From a virus, in the UHGV virus genome UHGV-0118082: DNA of 23,476 bases; one strand, written 5' to 3'. Below the pieces are notes generated by a model that was given only the letters and a program-made list of their open reading frames with translations, was not told the DNA's origin and did not search any database. The position numbers and the translations under genes were made by a program. Below, in pieces: positions 18,257 through 23,476 of the stretch (position 1 is the stretch's first letter; the number at the start of each line of letters is the position of its first letter).

Positions 18257-18466
18257 ATGACATTAAAAACTTACCCTATCACCGGGCATGCCCGCCCACG
18301 GGCTACTGCTGACTTTTTGCAAGTAAGCACAGTTACTCTCTGGCGCTGGGAAAAAAACAATCCTGAATTTCCAAAATCCACACGTATTTCAAAACGGGTA
18401 ACTGTTTACGATGCACAAGAAATTAGACAGTGGGTAAAAGCTCAATCCTCAGATGCTGATAAATAA
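18257..18466 (+). CDS. alpA: AlpA-family transcriptional regulator (P4 Vis-like)
   Basis: 69 aa; FLQVSTVTLWRWEKNNPEFPKSTRISKRVTVYDAQEIRQWV fits the AlpA HTH pattern. Confidence 0.8.
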   Translation: MTLKTYPITGHARPRATADFLQVSTVTLWRWEKNNPEFPKSTRISKRVTVYDAQEIRQWVKAQSSDADK

Positions 18467-18517
18467 TATGACGACCTTAGAAAAATGGGAAAGAAGAAAA
18501 TCTTCCCCATGTATTTA

Positions 18518-18697
18518 TCAGTTCTTTGGTTCGGAACCACGACTTTGTAGCTCTTTGCGGATAATGCGTTTGATCCAAGCAGCCAGTGATTCATCACCAT
18601 CCTGCTGCTGTGCTTCTTCCATTAACTCACGCAATTCAGGGTCAAGTCTGAACTGGAATGGTGGATTACCACGTCTTTCGTTCTTGTGTGTTGACAC
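18518..18697 (-). CDS. Small ribbon-helix-helix-like protein (59 aa), divergent from the satellite early operon
   Basis: GTG start at 18697 inside a palindrome; translation ...PPFQFRLDPELRELMEEAQQQDGDESLAAWIKRIIRKELQ has the beta-strand then helix pattern of RHH/Arc-type proteins; no ATG start, weak evidence. Confidence 0.4.
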   Translation of the reverse strand: MSTHKNERRGNPPFQFRLDPELRELMEEAQQQDGDESLAAWIKRIIRKELQSRGSEPKN

Positions 18698-18747
18698 GTC
18701 AATTACACCTATTGTAATGTGCTTATGTGTAATGACACATTACACAC
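18691..18747. promoter_or_regulatory. Divergent promoter/operator region with three dyad-symmetric elements
   Basis: TTGAC-ac-GTCAA (18691-18702); ATTACA-cctat-TGTAAT (18702-18718); TGTGTAATG-aca-CATTACACA (18727-18747). Confidence 0.5.
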
Positions 18748-18828
18748 AAGGAATCAAAATAGCAACGCCCCGGAGTGTTTGCGGCACTGCCGAGGCGTCT
18801 GACCAAAGCGTTAGATGAGGTAACGAAA

Positions 18829-19005
18829 ATGGCTAAACAGAAGTGTACCTGGTTATTTGCGGCGATCAACCGCAGTCAACGCAATGCCCGTCCTGTGATG
18901 TTAAGGATCACCGCAGATAACGAGCGCTCAGCGCGGCGCAGACTTGCCCCGGACTATGTGCTGAGCTTTGCCGGTCGCATTCCCTGTGGAGGTGAACATG
19001 CGTAA
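18829..19005 (+). CDS. Small protein, possibly Icd-like (host cell division inhibitor family) - tentative
   Basis: ATG at 18829 with GAGGT Shine-Dalgarno (track start 18775 is GTG); 58 aa; TWLFAAINRSQ...LRITADNERSARRRLAPDYVLSFAGRIP resembles the Icd-like pattern as I recall it. Confidence 0.45.
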   Translation: MAKQKCTWLFAAINRSQRNARPVMLRITADNERSARRRLAPDYVLSFAGRIPCGGEHA

Positions 19006-19357
19006 TTATCCGCAACCCGGCGAACGCTGGCAGCATGAGCGTGGCTGGACTGTCACGATTATCAGATTAACTGAAGCCTCGCCCTCCGTGGCGCTGGTTA
19101 ACCCTGAATTCAGCTGTGAAGTGCTGATTCGTCATGACAGCGACAATAAGCTTTCTTCCTGCCCTCTGGCATGGTTTGAGCAGCGGTATACGCGCCTGTT
19201 TAATGCCCCGCTCTTTAAACCTTCGCTAGCTCCCGCGGGGGGTAGCGGCTCTGGCTCGCTGACGCTGCATCCGTCGGTGGTATTTACCCGCTGGCGGGAG
19301 CGCAGCATACGGCGTTCTGCTGAACCTGACGACAGTCACTATTCAAAGTTTCTCTGA
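18998..19357 (+). CDS. Hypothetical satellite early protein
   Basis: ATG at 18998 with GGAGG Shine-Dalgarno 5 nt upstream (track start 18968 is TTG); 119 aa; overlaps upstream stop. Confidence 0.5.
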   Translation: MRNYPQPGERWQHERGWTVTIIRLTEASPSVALVNPEFSCEVLIRHDSDNKLSSCPLAWFEQRYTRLFNAPLFKPSLAPAGGSGSGSLTLHPSVVFTRWRERSIRRSAEPDDSHYSKFL

Positions 19358-19388
19358 CAAAACACCGCTGAAAACGGAGTAATCCACG

Positions 19389-19673
19389 ATGAATATTTCA
19401 AACGGGCACAACGGTGCTCAGGGCCACGCTTTGCCTGAAAAACACAATAGCGGTGCTTTTGCGTATGGGTTGTCAGAGGACGGTTTCGGAAAGCTGGACC
19501 GCGCCAGAAAGGCCTGCGACATGTTGCAGCTTCTCTTTTCTGAATACCCCTCGCAGGGCGGAACGCTGGATGCAGGATGTGCGCCAGGCATCGCCGCGCT
19601 GATGGAGTACCTGCGGGCAGATTTGACGGATATTGCGCACAGTTGCGAACTGATTGAAGGAGGCACCCAATGA
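19389..19673 (+). CDS. Hypothetical satellite early protein
   Basis: 94 aa; ATGA overlap with next gene; GC-rich codon usage consistent with neighbours. Confidence 0.5.
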   Translation: MNISNGHNGAQGHALPEKHNSGAFAYGLSEDGFGKLDRARKACDMLQLLFSEYPSQGGTLDAGCAPGIAALMEYLRADLTDIAHSCELIEGGTQ

Positions 19674-20053
19674 ACCAGCCGCAGGTTTCTATTTTTCCGG
19701 CAGAAATGACCACTGCGCTTTACCGGCGGGCTATTGCATCGGCCTGGCGCCAGAAAGCGCTGACCGAAACCGGCTGCGATCACTATGGTCCGCACAGCCT
19801 GACGGTTGAACGTATTGAAATGGCCATTGCCCTGCATATCGAGTGCGCACTGATTAACGAATATGGCGAAGCACAGGGAGCAGCGGCTGCACTGGCGCTG
19901 CTGACTGACATGCTGGAGCCATCATTGCTGACCGCGCCACCGGTACTGACTGTGCGCGGCTGTGAAGTGATGGCGGAGCTGTACCGCACACTTCCGGCGG
20001 CATTTGATGACTTCTGCAGCTCGGGTGTATCGCTGTATCAGGGGGAAATATGA
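19670..20053 (+). CDS. Hypothetical satellite early protein
   Basis: 127 aa; GAAGGAGG Shine-Dalgarno; ATGA overlap with the primase gene. Confidence 0.55.
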   Translation: MNQPQVSIFPAEMTTALYRRAIASAWRQKALTETGCDHYGPHSLTVERIEMAIALHIECALINEYGEAQGAAAALALLTDMLEPSLLTAPPVLTVRGCEVMAELYRTLPAAFDDFCSSGVSLYQGEI

Positions 20054-22722
20054 CAACACAGACGGTTACGCAGATTTCAGCCGCAGCGCGGGGAAAATGG
20101 CCCGTCATTCTGCAGATGCTGCGTATTGATGTACCTGAAAACGGCAGGCACGGTCCCTGCCCGAAATGTGGGGGCAAGGATCGCTTCCGCCTCGATGACC
20201 TCGACGGGCGCGGGACGTGGATTTGCAGCCAGTGCGGCAATGGTGATGGTCTGGATCTGGTTAAGCTCATAACCGGTTACGGCATCAGAAAGGCAGCGCA
20301 GGAGGTGGCGCAGGTGCTTAATGTGCCGGATGTGCAGGAACTGCCCGTTAAGCCCGCCAGGCAAAAAGCCCCTAAACGCGATATGAGCCTTACCGTGGCG
20401 GCCCTGATGAAAGAGAGTCACACGGGAGAAAGCCCCTATCTGACCGGAAAAGGGTTCGCCGGATACCCGGCCTCCCTGACCGGGAGCGTGCAGCATATCA
20501 GTGGTAAGGATTTCCCTGCCGGTTCCCTGCTGTTACCGCTCACGACAAACGCCGGAGCCGTGACCGGTGCACAGCTTATCGCCCCGACGGGTGAAAAAAG
20601 CATACTGCCCGGCAGCACGATGAAAGGCGCGTTTGTGGCGCTCAGCCCGTTACCGTCTGAACCGCCGGTACAGGTGGTGATTACCGAAGGTTACGCCACG
20701 GCGCTGACGGTAAGCCAGCTCACCGCCGGATGCGTAGTGGCGGCCATATCGGCGGGCAACCTGCCCAACGTCGCACAGGCGCTGCGGGCACGCTGGCCTG
20801 AGGTAAAAATTATCATCGCCGGTGATAACGATTTTCAGGACGGGGGCGAGAATCCCGGCAGATCCTTTGCTGAACGGGCGGCAAAATCAGTCGGTGGCTG
20901 GGTGACGCTGCCACCGGGAGAAATTAAAGCTGACTGGAATGACTTCCACCGTGAGCACGGTATTACACGTGCCCGTGAAGCCTTTCGTAACGGTCTTGTA
21001 CTGTGCGGAGAAGGCCGCACGCAGTTGCCGCACGGGTTCCGTCTTACCCAGGAATATCTCTGGTATGAAAAACAGGTACAGCGCAACGGTGAGACGGAGA
21101 TCCAGAACGTCAAAATATGCAACCCGTTGCGCGTGACGGCAATCACCTGCGATGCTGATGGCGGTAATTTCGGGCGACTGCTGGAGTGGGAAGATACATG
21201 GGGAGAGCGCCGCCGCTGGGCGATGCCGATGGAAATGCTCAGTGGTAGCGGTGAGGAACTACGCCGGGTACTGCTGGTTAACGGGCTGTCCTATATCAGC
21301 ACCACCGGTGAGGCCCGCGCCCGCCTGATGGAATATATCTCGCTGTGTAAACCGGAACGCCGCGTGACCTGCGTCAGCCGCACTGGCTGGCATGGTCAGG
21401 TTTACGTCCTGCAGGATGAGGTCAGCGGTGAAGGTGCAGAGGGTGTCATTCTCCAGACCACTTCCGTGCAGGGGCGCGATTTCCGTGTGTCAGGTACAAC
21501 GGAGGAATGGCGGGAGCACGTTTCCCGTTACTGCACCGGTAACTCCCGCGTGGCGTTTGCCGTCAGTCTGGCCTTTGCTGCACCCCTGTTACGGCTGGTT
21601 GGGATGGACGGCGGCGGCTACCACCTCAAGGGGGAATCGACTGACGGTAAGACCACCACCATGAAAGCGGCAACCTCCGTTTGTGGCGGGCCTGATTACT
21701 GGCAGACGTGGCGGGCAACCGGCAACGCGCTGGAGGGATGCGCCAGCCGCCGCAACGATGCCGCCATGATGCTTGATGAGATCCGGGAGGTGGACGGACG
21801 CGAGGCGGGTAATATCGCCTACATGCTGGCAAACGGTCAGGGCAAGGGCCGTGCCGGTACGGACGGTGAGCTGCGCACCCGTAAGCAGTGGCGGCTGCTG
21901 TTCTTTTCAACCGGCGAGCTGTCACTGACCGAACATGCGGCAAAAGCCGGTGAGCGTACCTTTGCCGGGATGGAAGTCAGGATGATCCAGATCCCCAGCG
22001 ATTCCGGGAAATTTGGCGTATTTGAGGAGCTGCACGGCTTCGACAGCGGCAAGGCTCTGGCGGAACATCTGGAGTGGGCCACGTCCAGCTACTACGGTTC
22101 GCCGTTCAGGGAGTGGCTGAAAGCCCTGACCGCTGACCTTAACGGGCTGACGGCACAGGCAAAGTCACTGATGAAGGAATATACAGCCGCCCTGACCCCG
22201 AAAGATGCGGGTAATCAGGTAGGCCGGGCTGTGAACCGCTTTGCACTGGTGGCGATGGCGGGCGAGCTGGCAACCCGGCTGGGTATTACCGGCTGGCCTG
22301 AGGGTGAAGCGCTGCGGGCAACCCGCGTCTGCCTGAACGCATGGCTGAAAGATCGCGGGCACACCGCCAATCAGGAAGATATTGCCGCACTGGAGCAGGT
22401 ACGCAGCTTCTTTACCGCGAATCAGTACAGCCGCTTTGCTGACTGGCACGACGAGCGTAACCGCCCCGGCAATATGGTGGGCTGGCGCAGGGTGGAGAAA
22501 GGCAGTACCGCGCAGGGCACGGAGGCCGTCACCACGTTCTACGTCATGCCGTCCGGCTGGAAAGAAATCTGCCGGGGATTTGACCCGCGCAAGGTGGCGC
22601 GTCTGTGCGCGGATCGTGGATACCTGCTGCCCTCCACCGATGGCAAGCTGCAGACAACCATTCGCCCGCCAGAGATGAATCCCCGCAGACTCTATGTCTT
22701 CAACAGCGAGGTGCCGGGTTAA
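20050..22722 (+). CDS. Primase-helicase (P4 alpha-like: zinc ribbon + TOPRIM primase + P-loop NTPase)
   Basis: 890 aa; CPKCGG...CSQCG zinc ribbon; TOPRIM-like acidic motifs (VITEGYATA, IIAGDND); Walker A GESTDGKTT and Walker B-like MMLDEIRE. Confidence 0.9.
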   Translation: MTTQTVTQISAAARGKWPVILQMLRIDVPENGRHGPCPKCGGKDRFRLDDLDGRGTWICSQCGNGDGLDLVKLITGYGIRKAAQEVAQVLNVPDVQELPVKPARQKAPKRDMSLTVAALMKESHTGESPYLTGKGFAGYPASLTGSVQHISGKDFPAGSLLLPLTTNAGAVTGAQLIAPTGEKSILPGSTMKGAFVALSPLPSEPPVQVVITEGYATALTVSQLTAGCVVAAISAGNLPNVAQALRARWPEVKIIIAGDNDFQDGGENPGRSFAERAAKSVGGWVTLPPGEIKADWNDFHREHGITRAREAFRNGLVLCGEGRTQLPHGFRLTQEYLWYEKQVQRNGETEIQNVKICNPLRVTAITCDADGGNFGRLLEWEDTWGERRRWAMPMEMLSGSGEELRRVLLVNGLSYISTTGEARARLMEYISLCKPERRVTCVSRTGWHGQVYVLQDEVSGEGAEGVILQTTSVQGRDFRVSGTTEEWREHVSRYCTGNSRVAFAVSLAFAAPLLRLVGMDGGGYHLKGESTDGKTTTMKAATSVCGGPDYWQTWRATGNALEGCASRRNDAAMMLDEIREVDGREAGNIAYMLANGQGKGRAGTDGELRTRKQWRLLFFSTGELSLTEHAAKAGERTFAGMEVRMIQIPSDSGKFGVFEELHGFDSGKALAEHLEWATSSYYGSPFREWLKALTADLNGLTAQAKSLMKEYTAALTPKDAGNQVGRAVNRFALVAMAGELATRLGITGWPEGEALRATRVCLNAWLKDRGHTANQEDIAALEQVRSFFTANQYSRFADWHDERNRPGNMVGWRRVEKGSTAQGTEAVTTFYVMPSGWKEICRGFDPRKVARLCADRGYLLPSTDGKLQTTIRPPEMNPRRLYVFNSEVPG

Positions 22723-22750
22723 GGCTTTGCGTGAGTCTTATTTATTAAGG

Positions 22751-22946
22751 GTAACAGGTGAAACAGGTGGAACACCCGTATTTTACAAGGGCTAAACCTG
22801 TTTCACCTTCTGAAATAGTGAGGTGGAACAGGTGGAACGCCAGCCGATCCGCTGTTCCACCTTGTTACCTGCGATGTTTCACCTGTGATGTGCATATAAA
22901 TGTTTTACAAAACAATGCTGTAACACCTGTTCCACCTGTTTCACCG
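22751..22946. repeat. Iteron cluster / candidate replication origin for the primase-helicase
   Basis: At least eight copies of GGTG(A/G)AACAGG or its complement, in both orientations, flanking an AT-rich stretch at 22889-22920; reminiscent of the TGTTCACC repeats of P4 ori/crr. Confidence 0.65.
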
Positions 22947-23122
22947 CATCCGGGACATAAAGCAGGCTGAAACAGAGGCATTTTTATCTGGCTGGCTGTC
23001 ATGGCCGCGTCTGAATAACCGCAAACGCCCGTTGTGCCAGCCACCACACACTGAGCGCCGATAGTGCGCTTGTGTCAGTCACGACACAATTGACGTAACG
23101 AACCAACCCGGCAGGAGAAGTC

Positions 23123-23476
23123 ATGAACAACACCGCAGAGAATAACAACCTTTCCACTTTTCCGGCTGTAACGCAGCAGGCAATGGAAACCCTGAACACG
23201 GCCAGAAGCGCATGGCTTGAAGCACGTCGTCGGCAGAAAGCGGCAGCGGATAATATTGCGACAATCCGCCAGCGCCGGGCTGAAATGGAAGCCACGACGA
23301 ACGCGCTGAATGAGGAGTGGCGCACGCTGTTTCGTGAAAGTCAGGGCGTAGTCTCAAAGGAAATGAAAAAACTGCGCACGGAAATTGCGCTGGGACGAGA
23401 AACGCTTGAGGATTTTGATGAACTGCTGGCAGCTCAGGAAAGCGAAAATGCCTTATTACCGCAGGAAGCCGGGAAA
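23123..23476 (+). CDS. Hypothetical helical protein, 5' part only (runs off window end)
   Basis: ATG at 23123 with AGGAGA Shine-Dalgarno; open through window end (118 codons); charged helical sequence MNNTAENNNLSTFPAVTQQAMETLNTARSAWLEARRRQKAAADN... Confidence 0.5.
   Translation, partial: MNNTAENNNLSTFPAVTQQAMETLNTARSAWLEARRRQKAAADNIATIRQRRAEMEATTNALNEEWRTLFRESQGVVSKEMKKLRTEIALGRETLEDFDELLAAQESENALLPQEAGK

Larger units (their letters stand above)
15356..23476 (+). mobile_element. Integrase module plus P4/PICI-like satellite replication module (AlpA-like, int, cargo, alpA, primase-helicase, ori); extends beyond window
   Basis: P4-type integrase, two AlpA-family genes, alpha-like primase-helicase followed by short iterons, all on + strand. 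Right boundary not in window; left boundary uncertain (15210-15830). Confidence 0.6.

Noticed and set aside
19339-22678. Numerous minus-strand and alternate-frame ORFs of 60-140 aa in the track (e.g. 19418-19837, 19854-20270, 20077-20496, 21626-21943, 22382-22678)
   Set aside because: All lie inside or antisense to the GC-rich, ATGA-coupled + strand operon including the 890-aa primase-helicase. Their translations are Arg/Pro/Ser-rich in the way random frames of GC-rich DNA are; none has a ribosome-binding site.
22751-22946. Possible CRISPR array because of short repeated units
   Set aside because: Units are only 9-11 bp, occur in both orientations and are not separated by unique spacers of uniform length; this is an iteron-type origin.

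Overview
The window is a composite of mobile DNA with no rRNA, tRNA or CRISPR. (1) 1-15313 is a heavily decayed lambdoid prophage with P22-type architecture and a lambda-like immunity region: an AT-rich serotype-conversion block (secreted ORF, gtrA, gtrB, gtrC-type gene) converges on a tailspike gene that has lost its head-binding domain and is fused by deletion to the N-terminal/ori part of an O-like replication gene. All late, lysis and morphogenesis genes are absent. Then come cII, cro, OR, cI, a non-lambda cassette in the rexAB slot, OL/PL, a P22-type nutL, an N-like antiterminator and an early-left operon with a RecT-family recombinase. (2) 15356-17100 is an integration module: an AlpA/Xis-like gene, a repeat-rich leader and a P4-type tyrosine integrase. 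(3) 17101-23476 is a P4/PICI-like satellite replication module: an AT-rich cargo gene, alpA, a divergent palindrome-rich promoter with a small RHH-like gene, an ATGA-coupled operon ending in a primase-helicase, an iteron-type origin and a partial downstream ORF. The two best candidates for an undescribed system are the cassette replacing rexAB (8557-9316) and the cargo gene beside the integrase (17175-18149). All homology statements rest on reading the translations and on recalled reference sequences; no database search was run.
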